A stretch of DNA of 64,000 bases. It comes from Epiperipatus broadwayi (taxonomy: Eukaryota > Animalia > Onychophora). The DNA is taken from the NCBI GenBank assembly GCA_028023455.1, contig JAQFVV010000002.1, positions 27,032,001-27,096,000 on the forward strand. Direction: 5' to 3'. Both the position numbers and the translations under genes were made by a program. Position 1 is the stretch's first letter, and the number at the start of each line of letters is the position of its first letter. The notes beneath the pieces were generated by a model that ran no database searches, was not told the DNA's origin, and worked only from the letters and a program-made list of their open reading frames with translations. Below are positions 1 through 12,458 of this stretch, one piece after another.

Positions 1-117
1 TCCCAGAATCTCTATTAAATTCTGGTTTTATCTTTCTTATTAGTATTAAAGAAAGGAAAATAAAAGAAGCTATATTAATAAGAAAGATAAAACCAGAATT
101 TAATAGAGATTCTGGGA
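1..117. repeat. Near-perfect inverted repeat (about 45 bp arms, may extend beyond the window)
   Basis: tcccagaatctctattaaattctggttttatctttcttatta and its reverse complement at about 76-117. Confidence 0.9.
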
Positions 118-119
118 TT

Positions 120-1180
120 AGGATGAGATTGGTTTAGTTATTAAATAAGATATATAGAGGTAAATATGTAAAGAGATAATTGTTAATAAATAAGTTGGGG
201 ATGATAAAAAATGGTTAGGTTAAATACGAATATAAATTTGGGTATATTTACAGATATTAAATAATAATAAATAAATAAATTAATAAACTTAGCATAATAT
301 TTACATATAAAACAGTATAAAATTTTTTTATAAGAATTATATAAAAATAATGATAAAAGTTAAAATATATAAAATAAAAAAATATATATGTAAATAAAGT
401 TGTAGGGTTTATATATATAAAAACATATAAAGAAGTATAATATAAATTTATGAGTATTATATAATAAAAGTTAAAGTGTAAAATATATATATAAATAAAG
501 AGTTGTAGGGGATATATATTTAGTTTAAATAATATGTAATAGAGGGAGCTAGGGTATAAGATAATTTTTTGAGAAAAAAAAAAAAAACGATTTTTCATTA
601 TTTTATTTTGAAGATCAGAATAGCCTTAGTAAGTGTAAAGATTATAAAGTTTATAGGTTTTAAATATTCAGCAATAATAAATATAAAATATTAATTTTAA
701 AAGAAGAATGAGTAAGAAAATAATAAATATGATTTAAAATTAAAAGAATTTTAGTTACTAATCATAAAGTTTAAGTTCATGAAGAATACAGATAATTAGT
801 AGATTGTTAATAATAATAAAATAGATAATATTTAGATTAATAGTTGTCCTTGAATGTATATATGTATAAAGTTAAGAATACACATGTATAATTTATATTT
901 ATTTTTCATTTATGTAGTACATTTTATTTTATATTAATTGTTTTATTTGGGTTTGATTATTTATTTCAGGTTTTTAATATATATATATTTTTATTGTTTA
1001 AAAAAATTTTTATGGTGTTATTATATAGTTGTTTTTTTATTTTTTTATTTTGTTCATTATATCATAGCTCTGAAGAAGACTGCAGGTCAGTCGAAACGTA
1101 AGTGTATGTACAAATAAAGTTTGCTAAAAGTGTTTGAAGTTTGGATAAATTATATTTATATTATTGACAATATTCACAAA
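120..1180 (+). mobile_element. Very decayed Penelope-like 3' end
   Basis: Faint GIY-YIG-like remnants (KVYRF near 640, VLECIYV near 846), then an HHR at 1070 and AATAAA at about 1113. Confidence 0.35.
1064..1108 (+). ncRNA. Minimal type I hammerhead ribozyme, PLE type, core intact
   Basis: CTGAAGA-A-GACTG/caggt/CAGTC-GAAA-CGT-A; palindromic ACGT stem III; weak stem I; predicted cleavage after 1100. Confidence 0.75.
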
Positions 1181-1349
1181 ATATATAAATTATTTTCAAT
1201 CTTCAGTAATTTTATCATATCAACTACAGAGACTGAATTCATGGTATAATTTTATTAGAAATTTTATTATTTAGCAAGTAATAATTAATTATAATGTTGA
1301 AAATTTGGTATGCATTATCTCAAGGAAATATAATAAGAAAAATAACTAC

Positions 1350-1520
1350 TGTATATACAAAAATGTATAAGAGATACGCTTAAATCTGAATAAAGTTTGC
1401 AATTTTTGCCTAGTGCACTTTTGACTAATATAACTTAGTTGAAAGTGCACTAGGCAAAAATTGCAAACTTTATTCAGATTTAAGCGTATCTTGTATACTC
1501 TTTTGCATATAATTATTTTC
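1350..1520. repeat. Palindrome with about 50 bp of essentially perfect arms (1373-1421 / 1443-1491)
   Basis: agatacgcttaaatctgaataaagtttgcaatttttgcctagtgcactt and its reverse complement. Confidence 0.9.
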
Positions 1521-1559
1521 CATAATAATTAATTAATAAATAAGAGATAATGCAAAAAC

Positions 1560-2880
1560 TTATAAGTTACACATTAATATTTTTGGAAAAAAATGAGCTT
1601 ATGCATTTATAAAATATTGAATATAAATATTTTACAATTCTTGATAATTCTATTTTTTTTTTCTTTAAACAATTTATCTATCATATTTTGCCATTCATCA
1701 GAATAATATACCTATAATAAATTCTTTACATACTTATCCCATTTCTTAAATAAATACATACAAATAAATTGTTTATCTATTAACTTTGCCAAATGCATTT
1801 GTTGATCTCTGCACTTATTTCAATTTAAAAAAAATTTTTTTTTTTTTGTAATCTATATTTTCATCTATATATTGTAACTTTCCAAACATTTTAAATTTAC
1901 TTTTAATTTCTTTTATTAAAAAAAAAAAAAAGTCCACTCCATATGTACAATTCACCAAACAATGTAAATCTATTTATTTTCTTTTGTTTTCTATATAAAA
2001 CATTTCTGAATTCCTGGTTAATACAGAGTACCTTATTTCAAATATTAAAACAGGCACCATTACTCTTTTTTTTTTTCAAACAAATATTTCATATTTATTA
2101 AAAAAAAAAAAGGTTACCAGATTCTTCTCAATTCTAATTCCCAAATATCTGCACTTTCTCTTTTCATTTAATAAATATTGAATTATCTATATTTTTCTAT
2201 TTCTTAAACACAAATATTTTCCATTTTCCAATCTTCAATTTTACTCTTCCTGTTTTCATATTTTAAAATCTCCATACTTCCCTAATACTATTTGCAAAAA
2301 AATGCATACCATTTGCAAAAAAAAGAATCACTGCACTATACATTTTCCTAGTTCTATCTATAGGAAACCCCAATCCTTCTATCTCAACTTCCAATTCTCT
2401 TAGAAACAAAATAAACAATAAAGGTCAATAATAAAGGTGATAACAGAACTTAGTTTCAACTCAATTTCACATTCATCTTTCACTGATTCTATATTCCCCA
2501 ATTAATATTCATAAAAGTTATCCTTATGAAGATTCTTAATCATTCTTAAAAAGCCCAAATCAATTCTGACATTTTAAAGACTTATTAACAATACATGCAA
2601 TCATAAATATTTTTTATAAACTTTGTTTAGTCCTTGCAAGACATTTCAATCAAGTGAATGATAGTAAAAAAATTACTCTCCATTAGACTCCTTAAATAAA
2701 ACACATTCTGAATCTTTTCAAGATTTTATTATCTTCCATCCATGTTCTAACACTGTAGAAGTTATTGCTACTAATTTTTTCAAGATTTTATTCTCTTCCA
2801 TCCAAGTTCTAAGACCCATACATATATATTGATTCTAATATTCTCATGGATAAATGATAATTCATATTATCTCTGGGAGC
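1560..2880 (-). mobile_element. Decayed LINE reverse transcriptase fragment
   Basis: Remnants such as VAITSTV and LFFA(D)-like motifs; similar in character to the 8.5-10.8 kb LINE. Confidence 0.55.
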
Positions 2881-2909
2881 TTTCATGTAATAAAACATAA
2901 TAGCTAAAT

Positions 2910-2951
2910 AGTTAGCGTTTCAATACAATATCAAGTACTTTCATCAGAGCT
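2910..2951 (-). ncRNA. Hammerhead motif, degenerate stem III
   Basis: agct-CTGATGA-A-AGTAC/ttgatatt/GTATT-GAAA-CGCT-AACT. Confidence 0.55.
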
Positions 2952-3221
2952 TCTTCTTTTTCAAATTATAAGAATGTCTGGGTTGAGATTTAAAATCGTT
3001 ATTTTTTTCGTTTATTTTTTTCCTTATTCTCAAAGTCTATTGATTGAGAAGATTTAAAAAATATTTTATCCTCCAATAGCATTTTTCAAATATTGTTAAA
3101 CTATTGGAGGATAAAATATTTTGTAAAACTTCTCAACCAATAGAATTTGAAAATGAGAAAAAAATAACAAAGAAAAAAAATAACGATTTTAAATCTCATG
3201 ACATTCTTGATTTGAGAAAGA

Positions 3222-3263
3222 AGGGCTGAAGAAAGTACTTGTTATTGTACTGAAATGCCAGTT
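3222..3263 (+). ncRNA. Hammerhead motif, degenerate stem III
   Basis: ggg-CTGAAGA-A-AGTAC/ttgttatt/GTACT-GAAA-TGCC-AGTT. Confidence 0.55.
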
Positions 3264-3534
3264 ATTTAGCTATTATATTGAAATAGTATACTCTTTTGGA
3301 ATATATTTCATTGCTGTATAAATTAAGTAAATGTATAAAACAAAATTTTAATTTAAGTTTTGACATCACTGATATTTTAAAATATTGAGTTGTTATTATT
3401 ATTATTAATTTAAAGACATATATTCTTTTATAAATAAAAATTGATTCAAGAGTTTAATTTAAAAATATTAATTTTAAAGAATTGATAATTAGTTTTAAAT
3501 AATTTAAAAATTGACTATAGATTTGTTTACTGTT

Positions 3535-3687
3535 CTAATGGCAAATAGCCAAGAATGATTTTTTATCACGAAAACTTTTGATCATGTGAACAAAATCATC
3601 TGCTGTTGAATTTAAAAAAACATTGGATTTTAAACTCTCAAAACGAACTTGTGGATAGTTTTTAGCACAAGAATTTTGGAAATAAAA
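3535..3687 (-). CDS. Last coding exon of an unidentified spliced gene (FYFQNSCAKNYPQVRFESLK...FLAICH*)
   Basis: tttcag acceptor; 153 nt open frame ending in TAG; joined in phase to the next exon by a 50 nt GT-AG intron (3688-3737). Confidence 0.7.
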   Translation of the reverse strand, partial: FYFQNSCAKNYPQVRFESLKSNVFLNSTADDFVHMIKSFRDKKSFLAICH

Positions 3688-3737
3688 CTGAAATGGATAA
3701 TCTACTTCATGTTTTCATTTATCATAAATAGGATTAC

Positions 3738-3835
3738 CTCATAATCATCAATTGCTGCAAAATTATGATTTTTTTCTACATCTTCATTTAGACTTCTATA
3801 TTTCAAATAAAGCACTATAATGAAGAGACCATCTG
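3738..3835 (-). CDS. Penultimate exon ((A)DGLFIIVLYLKYRSLNEDVEKNHNFAAIDDYE)
   Basis: tatag acceptor, GAG|gtaat donor; phase 1 to 0; open frame. Confidence 0.65.
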
Positions 3836-5159
3836 CTATATTTATAAATTTGCAGGAAGACATTTAAGTTCATTTATGGATAAATGAGTTTAAAGTAATG
3901 AAATAGTTTATAAGTCTCTATTAAATATTTTCATTTATAAATTGTTTTTTATATAAATATTATGCTGATAATTATTTATAAATTGTCAATTCTTGATTGA
4001 TCACTGTGTGTAATTATCAAAGCTATATATATGCAAGTACAGTAATATTTTCAAAATGTTTTAAATATAATGTTCAAAAATAATACAGATGTAATAAATG
4101 ATAATTTTAATTTAGATTAAAAAATATATAATCTGTGTTATTTAATGACATTTATAATTTTAAATAATGATTGTTTAAATAATATTTATTTTGTATATAT
4201 GGGATTTGACTGATAATGTATGTATTGACAACTGAGACATTATTGATATGTTTAGCTTGATATTATTAGTTAGTTCCAGTTATAATTCCTATAGCTTCAT
4301 TTTGTAAGGATTTTGTTTTTGTAATGAATACTTTCTTATGCATGGGTAATGTTTATATCTATATAAATAATATAGCAATAATGAAATATTTAAATATTTT
4401 ATGTATGAAGTTTTCAGAAGTTATTTTTATACTATTACCTAGAATATTGTAATAGAGTTAAGCTTATATATAACAAGCATTTCACTCATTGCTTAATTTT
4501 ATAGCCCTCAATGTATAGGTTTACTGATACTAGGTGTTGAGATAAAGATAGCTTGGTTTCTTTTGGCAATGTCTCAGATTATTGATTATACAAGTTTGTT
4601 GACTTTTATGTATTTAGATATTAGTAACTATTACAATGAAATTATTTTATTTTTTAAATAATTTTGCTTAGTAATAAATTATTTTGTTACTTTTATTTCT
4701 GACTACAAACTGAATCATAAAATACAAAATATTTATATGCCAAATTATAGGTGACCAAATGTAACTCATGCTCGGTAAACTTGTCTTTTATTTTAAGATT
4801 TATAATTACTGGAATAGTTTCATTGTGTAATTCATAACTCCCCAATTTTTATTTGTAATTGTGACTTTACTAGTAAACTTAAACTTCTTTGTATGGTATT
4901 TTCTTATATTAATTATCAATATTAAATTACAATTGGTTATTGGAAAAAAGTCTAGTTTATTACCTAGTGGTGCCTTCTAGTAACGGTTATGCATGGAACT
5001 ATTTATCCATTTCAATATATATCAAAACTATAGAAGATATTGTAAATGGTTTATGGGCAGTTTATAATTTAAAATCTTTTCTTTTATATAATAATCAATT
5101 TTCATATTTTTCCATTAATATGGAATCTTATTATTATCTATAAATGTATTAACACTTTT

Positions 5160-6250
5160 TTAAAGCAATCCTTGTATATTTTTCCATTCCTCTCTTTTTT
5201 AAAACTACCTACTGCTTTATTCAATTCCATATCCATTATATCTATTATCTCATGAATTAAGATTTTATTATAAATTTGTTTTTCGTTTTTTTAAGTTCTT
5301 TCCTGTTCTTACATTTTCTTCTCTTTTCAGTCAACAATATACATTTCTTTATTATTTCTCTTGTTCATATATCTTCAAAAATTTTCAATTTTCTCTTATC
5401 ATACTGTTAATTTCCTCAGTACACTAGTTCCTCTAATTTTCATCTATATTTTTTATTTCTATTTTTCTTAAGCCTACTCTTTCTAATCTTTATTTCCTTT
5501 TCCATTATTTCTTGCTTTAAAGTCTTTACACTCCTTTTTTTCTTTCTTTTATACTTGCTGAACAATTTGCTTCTCTTATCTCTTATTAATCCTATTAAAT
5601 TTAAATAAATAATCATTTCCAATCTTCTTCACCATATCTATTTATCCTTCATAAATTTAAAATTACCATCTTTCATAATACTTACTATAGGATTATTTAA
5701 CCTATTCAATTCAACTTTTTTATTTTTCAATCATCTTTAAGAATTGTTCTCTAAATTTTCATATCTAATCTTTCCGATAACTTAATTCTGTCAATACAAA
5801 ATTACGATTACTACCATAACTTTATCTTCTTCATCAAAGACTTCAATTCTTTTTATCTTTCCTTTTTTAATCTAGAAAATTACAGGCAACAATTAATTTT
5901 AAATTCTGCATACACTGCTGAAATTTCAATGTTCACTCCATCTTTCTCACAAATCCTTTTTAATAGAGCCTCATTCATATTCTTCATTCCTATTTCATTA
6001 AAATAATCATTTAAATTACCTGCAATCAATATTATATCACAATTCTTTTTTAGATATCTAAATCTTTAATTCTAAACTTTCACATCCATTTCTCTTTACT
6101 CAATTTCACTGTAATCCATGTGTTCTTTACATTTTTGTTCTAAAATATCTTTTTTAATAGTAATCTATAGCCTCTCCTTTACTTTAAAAATTACTTTATT
6201 TTATTACATATGCTAAATTTATCCATATATGCTTCATATTTAAAATTACA
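5160..6250 (-). mobile_element. Decayed LINE, AP-endonuclease region
   Basis: DIILIAGNLN (IIxGDFN-like) near 6030 and KGEA(I)-like remnants; many stops and frameshifts. Confidence 0.5.
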
Positions 6251-7324
6251 ATTTAAAGTGTTACATGTAGAAATGGCATAGATGTATTTTTCTAATTATT
6301 ATTGTTTATTTGTATAACTCTCAATAGAAGTACTTAAATATATTACTACACAAAAAAATTATTCAGACGATTGCACAGCATTTTATTTAGGTCATAGTGA
6401 ATCCCATGAATTAAATAATCACTGTAACCTTATTATAAATCTTTTTTCTTTCTTTTTTTTTGGAAAATTGCCTTACATAATAACTATATAAAATGTAGAA
6501 GTGATAATGCAGCTCTTATTGGCTTTTTTTCACATGTAAAAGTTTACTTAGTAGATTATTGAAGAGGATTAAATTTGATCTTAACAATTATAGAGAAAAA
6601 ATCAATAATCAATATTTGGAAAAGTTTCTTCATGTGATCCACATAATTTATAAATTGTGTCAGCGAATCTCATTGAAAAATGTTGTAATTGGGGAAAAAA
6701 TCAGATAGAAACTTGATGTCTATATGAATCAATGATTCAACCAATAATATTTTTTTTAATAATGGATTTCCAATTGATATGATATATCGTTAGTGAGGAA
6801 TATTTGTATAATTAAGTTGTATTAGATCTGTTCATCTGCTCTCATATCTATGTAAGTTAATTCAAATAACACCAAAAATATATTTTTCTAAATTTTGCTC
6901 TATATTTTGTTTTCTTCATCATATCTACCTAGCCTATTTGATTCACATTTCTAAAGATACAGTTCATTTTTTCAATGTTTCTACTATTGCTGTGAAATCT
7001 CATTTTTTTCTCCTACAAAAAAAAACCCCTTTCCTTTAAATCTCTTAATCCTACTCTAAATCCAACTATTATTAGATTGAATAAATAATGGATATAAGAT
7101 TATAGTATTATTACACACACATCTTCAGTTTTTTTTATTTTTGTCTGTCAGGGAGAAATTTAAAATTTAAACCTGGAACTAAAACACTTATTCAAGTTAA
7201 TATGTGAAAATTAAAAAAAAAAAACTGTTTTGAAGCCAAACCCTTAAATTCACTTGCACAGTTATATAGTTCAAGCACTAGATTAATAATCATATATTTC
7301 AGTGACTTTAGTCTTAGCTAACTA

Positions 7325-7650
7325 TATTTTCAACATGTTGGAATCAAAATCATGTTAATCAAAAATAATATTTTATTGTTAAAAATTTTTTTGAACCTAT
7401 TTTTACCTGTTTGGACACTATTGACTCTCTGATTCATTACATGTTCATGAAAAGAAAATGGATATGAATTCAATCCGAGTATTGAAGTGATTTGTGAAAA
7501 AAGAAATAGTAGAAGATCAAAAAGCTAGGATTACTGCACAAAACGAATATGTAACAAAGCAAAGAGTGTCCAATAATAAGCAAAAAATTGATTTTTTTTA
7601 ATTTTTAATGGTAAAATATTATTTTTGATTACTATAATATGATGTTAATG
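7325..7650. repeat. Imperfect inverted repeat (about 90 bp arms, about 150 bp spacer), MITE-like
   Basis: aatcaaaaataatatttta...ttggacact versus agtgtccaa...taaaatattatttttgatt. Confidence 0.65.
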
Positions 7651-8259
7651 GGTTGAAAATATTCTAGTTTCTTAAATTAATTTTATACTTTATTCTCTGT
7701 TATAGTGTCTTTTTATTATTTACAATAATGGTAGAGATTCAATCTATTATAAAATATAATTTAAATTATTATAGTAAGAAAATTTAAGGCATACATCAAT
7801 GAGGGAATTAATCTTAGTCTATACAATCACAATATCCAATTTAGTGCAGAGATCAAATGAGAACCATGAGAGGCAAACAGTCCAGAATTCAAACTCAACT
7901 GCCATTTCTGGTGTCTGAATATCACGTTCTACTGAGTGACTAAACAATTTATTATTACCTATTAAGAAGATGATTCTTATTATTTTTTAATGAATATACA
8001 CACCCTGACTTATGAGTGTGAAGTCATATATATTAAGCAAAACTTAAGTACAAGATTATGGTTAGTTGGTATTGTTTTTTCCCTATTTGCATATTTTATT
8101 TTGGTGAAAATAATTATTTTTTTCTCTATAGAAATTTTCAAATTATGATTGATATATAAAAATGCTAGAGAGAAAAAATTTATTTTTAGTTTCTATTATT
8201 TTAGTTGGATAAATTTAAATGTGTTTTAGTTTAATTTAATAACAACTTATTGTTTTAAT

Positions 8260-8420
8260 TTCTATCCCCATATTTTTTTGGAATTTATCTTTAGTCCTAC
8301 TTTCTTATTTTCATCTAATAACTCTTGCAATCTTTCCTTAACTGCTGAAACATTATTTGCAAAAGCAATTACATCATCTACAAAATCTAGATGATTTAAA
8401 TAATCTCCACTTACTCCGCT
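8260..8420 (-). mobile_element. RTE-like LINE RT fragment
   Basis: SGDYLNHLDFVDDVIAFA...KKVGLKINS. Confidence 0.6.
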
Positions 8421-8489
8421 CGATGATCAGACAACCTTAATACATCGTCTGATCATCCATACCGCTCGATGGAACTGTTGCTATTGAAA

Positions 8490-10790
8490 AACAATACAGT
8501 AAATTATTGGATAATATTAATAAAAGTGGAAGAGATGGGAGTAAAAAAAATTGGAATTACATTAAAAGGAGAAATTTAAAGGAGAGAGAGATAGTATTAC
8601 TGGATTAGGAGGGAATTGAGTGTAACACTATAGAAGAATTAAAGAGAATATTGAATAGTTATGTAATGGATATAGAAAAGATGTTAGATGTGAAGGACAG
8701 AGGAATAGAAAATATGAAAGCATATAGTAATGGGAATATTATATTTACAGAAAATGAACTGAATGAGGCAGGGAAAAAAATTGAAAAGTGGTAAGGCAAA
8801 TGGTTTAGATGGATGGGCAGCAGAGATGGTAATGAATTTAGGGCATAGGGCAAAAGTAAAGTTACTATCACATTTTAATAAGATGACACAGAAGAGTTTT
8901 TCTGGGTAGTTAGAGTAATACGAGAGTAAGATTATTATTTAAAGAAAAAGATAAGGATCATAGAAAGTTAAATAATTATAGACCGATATCAGTAACATCA
9001 GTTTTGTATAAAGTTTTTTCATATATGGTGGCTGGAAGAGTTGCAAAATGGATGGAAAAAAATAATGTAGTGGGGGAAATGCAAGGTGGTTTTAGATCAG
9101 ATAGGCATATAGGAGATAGTTTATTTGTAGTTACACAACTTATGGATATGAGTAAGGAATTCAGGTAGACAGTTATATACAAGTTTTATAGATATAGAGA
9201 ATGCATATGATAGAATGAATAGAAATAGATTATGGATGAGTTTAGCAATTCTGGGAATGGATGAAGCTTTAGTGGATGTTATTAAGAAATTATATGAAAA
9301 TAATTATTATACATATCAATTAGAGGATATAGAATCAGTTAGTTAAAAATGGGATGGGACTGAGGCAAGGATGCCCTATGTCACCTATTTTGTTTGTGTT
9401 GTATTTGAGTGAAATGGAGAGAGCAATAGAAAGACTAGGAAGATGATAGAGACACCATTAATAGGTGGCAAAAGAGTATATACATTGTTGGATCTTTTTT
9501 TTTTTGCAGATGATGTCTTTTTGTGTGCAAAAAGAAGTTATACTGAGGACATGTGCAAGGGTGGGTATAAAGATATGGGGATTAAATTTAGTGAAGAAAA
9601 ATCAAATATAATGATGGTGAATACTGGGTAAAGAGAAGACAAAGATTTCTTTTTTGGGGGATATAAAGTTAAGTGTGGTAAATAGATATAGTTATTTGGA
9701 AATCATCTTGAGTAATAAGAAAAATTGCTTGGATGAATGGGAGAAAAAATTGATAAATGAAGCAAAAAAAGAGAAAGAGATTGATAAAGAAATTAACAGT
9801 GTTTTCATATAATAAATATGATGTAGTTAGAATTGTATGGAAGGGAGTGGCAGTAGCAGGGTTAACATACAGCAATGATACGTTATGTGTTAGTAAAGGG
9901 GTATTAGATTACTCAGAAAAAGTATAAAGAGAAGTAGGAAGACATGCTTTAGATGCAGAGGTGTGGACAGCAAAGGATGCAATTCAAGGAGAAATGGGAT
10001 GGTCAAATTTTTATATGAGGGATGCAAAAAGCAAATTGAAAATGTTCAGTAGATTGCAGTTTATGAATAATAAAAGAATAGCCAAAATAGTATTTAATTG
10101 GGTTACAAGTAAAGGGCAGGCAATAAGATGGGTGAGAAAGGTGGTATGCAGAAGATTTGGATAAAGAATTTATGTCGGTATACTTGTACAAAAGATGGGA
10201 TGATTGTGTTAGGAGGATTGTTGAGTGTTATAGTGGTAAGGAGTGGGATAGAAGAATAGATGCATTAATAAAGAATAGGGAGTTGGAGTGATGGAGAACT
10301 AGTGTGGAGATTAAAATGAGTTTAAATATATATAGAAGTAAACGGAACATTGGGTGTGAGTTAATTTATGATAATAGTAAGGTAAGTAGTTTATTGTTTA
10401 AGGCTCGAACGGGATCTTTAGCAACAAGGGAATATACACGTAAATGGGAAAATATGGGTGATTTAATCTGCAAGTTGTGTAAGGAAGACAGAGAAAATAT
10501 TAGGCATCTATTAATTGAATGTAAATGCTTGAAAACAGAAAGGGCACGTATAATGAAGTTATGGAAGAATAAATATGAAAAGTGATTATACAGAAAGTGG
10601 ATTATTGTTTTTTATGCTGGGTTTGGGAAAAGATATGGGGGATTTAGATATAAAGGCCATATAGTTGACCAAGATTATGTTGTGGAAATGGGATGGAGCA
10701 AAATATGGGAAAACTTAGACTGGGGAATGGAAAATAAAGTGGCTAACACTAACAGGTTTCTCTGAGCATAATTATTGAGAGATTCTTGAC
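8490..10790 (+). mobile_element. 5'-truncated decayed non-LTR retrotransposon (RT plus C-terminal Cys/His zinc finger)
   Basis: NYRPISVTSVLYK (8974), QGGFR, AYDRMNR, GLRQGCPMSPILF (9358), FADDV, CKLCKEDRENIRHLLIEC; frameshifted. Confidence 0.9.
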
Positions 10791-11147
10791 TACGTTTAAG
10801 GAGAAGCTACAGTACATCACATCAATAAATATAACGTTACAGTGCTTTTTAAAAATATATTTCTTTAAGTTTTTTTTTATTTTTTAAAATTTTTTTAAAA
10901 ATATAACTTTTGGTTTTAAAACCTTCGGCCTAATTTTTTTTTTTTTGATAATGGGTTTATTAAAATTTTTTAAAAACAAATATAACTTTTGGTTTCCTTC
11001 GGTCTTAACCTTCTGACTTTTTTACTTTTTAAATCATTCGAAATTTTTTTAAAAACATTTTTTTTTTGTTTTATTTACCGGGAGTTCAAAAATATTAACT
11101 TTTATTCATAAACAAATACATAGAATATTTGGTACCTTTTTTGGGAT

Positions 11148-11363
11148 TTAGACGTTTCGAAGGCATTGACGTGATTCGCATTCCATTTCAGAAATTTTAC
11201 ATCGTCGTAATTTCATAACACCACCACAAACACAGTCCTTTTCTGTGGGAAAAATGTTATTCTTCTGAAGGAAAGCAACCGCGTCTGCTTCTGTAGCAGG
11301 TAAATCAAAGAACTTGAACCCCACCGAATGTTGTTCTGCCATTTCCCTTTCTTTATCTCGCAA
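11148..11363 (-). pseudogene. Merlin/IS1016 (ISXO2)-type transposase N-terminal fragment
   Basis: EADAVAFLQKNNIFPTEKDCVCGGVMKL resembles the Merlin N-terminal zinc ribbon; TIRs not resolved. Confidence 0.5.
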
Positions 11364-11639
11364 AGTTCTCGCAAATTGCGTGACTTTCGCGTGAACTTTG
11401 CCGAATAGCGGGACGTTTTCGAAAAAATTATAATTTGTAGTTACTCATTAAAATTACACTGCATTTAAAAGGAAAAAAATGTTAACTGCGTACCGATATA
11501 CTTTTTCTGATTAGAAATACACACACTCTCTCATATTATACGCTGCTAACTACTCATTACTATTCAATTCTGTATTCCATTTTAATATATATAAGTTTGC
11601 CTGTTCAATGAGGTTTATCTAAATTTCTTTAATAATTCA

Positions 11640-11970
11640 CTAATGCCTTGAAGGTGAAACTAATCTACATAACAATTTATTTAGGCCGAGTGCTTTCAAG
11701 AGTTTCGTTACTAGATTGTCAACGTAATTATATGCAGAAATATTTTTTTTATATTATCCATTTTCTGGAAATGGCAAATCAAGTGCCTTTTCTATTTATA
11801 GAGTTAGTGTCGCTGGTAATAAAATAAACTTCCTTGATCTTTCCCTTGATGTTATTCCTCTCTGTACATTCTTTGTAGTCACGTTGCAATCTTTAGGGTC
11901 TATATAAACATATAGACCATATATAAAGGTGAATTTCCATCTTTATTGTTGACAACATATTCAGATTGTT
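11640..11970 (-). pseudogene. Possible Helitron/Pif1 helicase C-terminal remnant
   Basis: PKDCNVT (GLCNGT-like), LDLPF and LKALGL in the expected order; highly decayed. Confidence 0.3.
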
Positions 11971-12020
11971 ACTAATATTGGTATTGAACCATTAAGCATC
12001 ACATGATCACATTTCCTATA

Positions 12021-12056
12021 CTGACGAAGGCCACAAACCAGAAACTAGTCTGGGGA
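12021..12056 (+). ncRNA. Hammerhead lacking the 5' strand of stem I (inversion junction)
   Basis: CTGACGA-A-GGC/cacaa/ACC-A-GAAA-CTAGT-C-TGGGGA. Confidence 0.6.
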
Positions 12057-12458
12057 TATTGGATGAGTAGGCATTAGATAGGGATTTTATGCACAAGCCT
12101 TCTGGCATCCATTGATTACTCTGTTTAGCACAGGTGGCAATACTGTATGGAGAGTTTTGCTCTGTTTATCAACAATTAATGTGCTAGTATAGGAAATGTG
12201 ATCATGTGATGCTTAATGGTTTAACACCAATCCTGCCTAATAGAATAGTGGTGGCTATGGTTGTAAAAGAGCCAAAGACACCAAAATGTATGGGTGCTGA
12301 ACTGAGTTCAGATCCATATGACTATATAAGCTATTGAGCTTAGATTGAAAATATTTTTTGTGTTTTCCAATTTCATTCTCATAGTTTTGTAGTTAAGTAG
12401 AGATAAAAGGTGGTTGCTAGAGGGTTGCATTAGATCCTAAGATCTAGATGCAGTGCTC

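Larger units (their letters stand above)
2896..3277. mobile_element. Fold-back with about 185 bp arms and an outward-facing decayed HHR in each arm
   Basis: Arms are reverse complements around a loop at about 3082-3101; HHR motifs at 2910-2951 (-) and 3222-3263 (+). Confidence 0.8.

Noticed and set aside
257-598. 113 aa F/I/Y-rich ORF
   Set aside because: Low-complexity product of AT-biased sequence.
8418-8472. 11 bp hairpin with a ccgctcgatg direct repeat between two LINE fragments
   Set aside because: Most simply a junction or repair scar; no ribozyme core.
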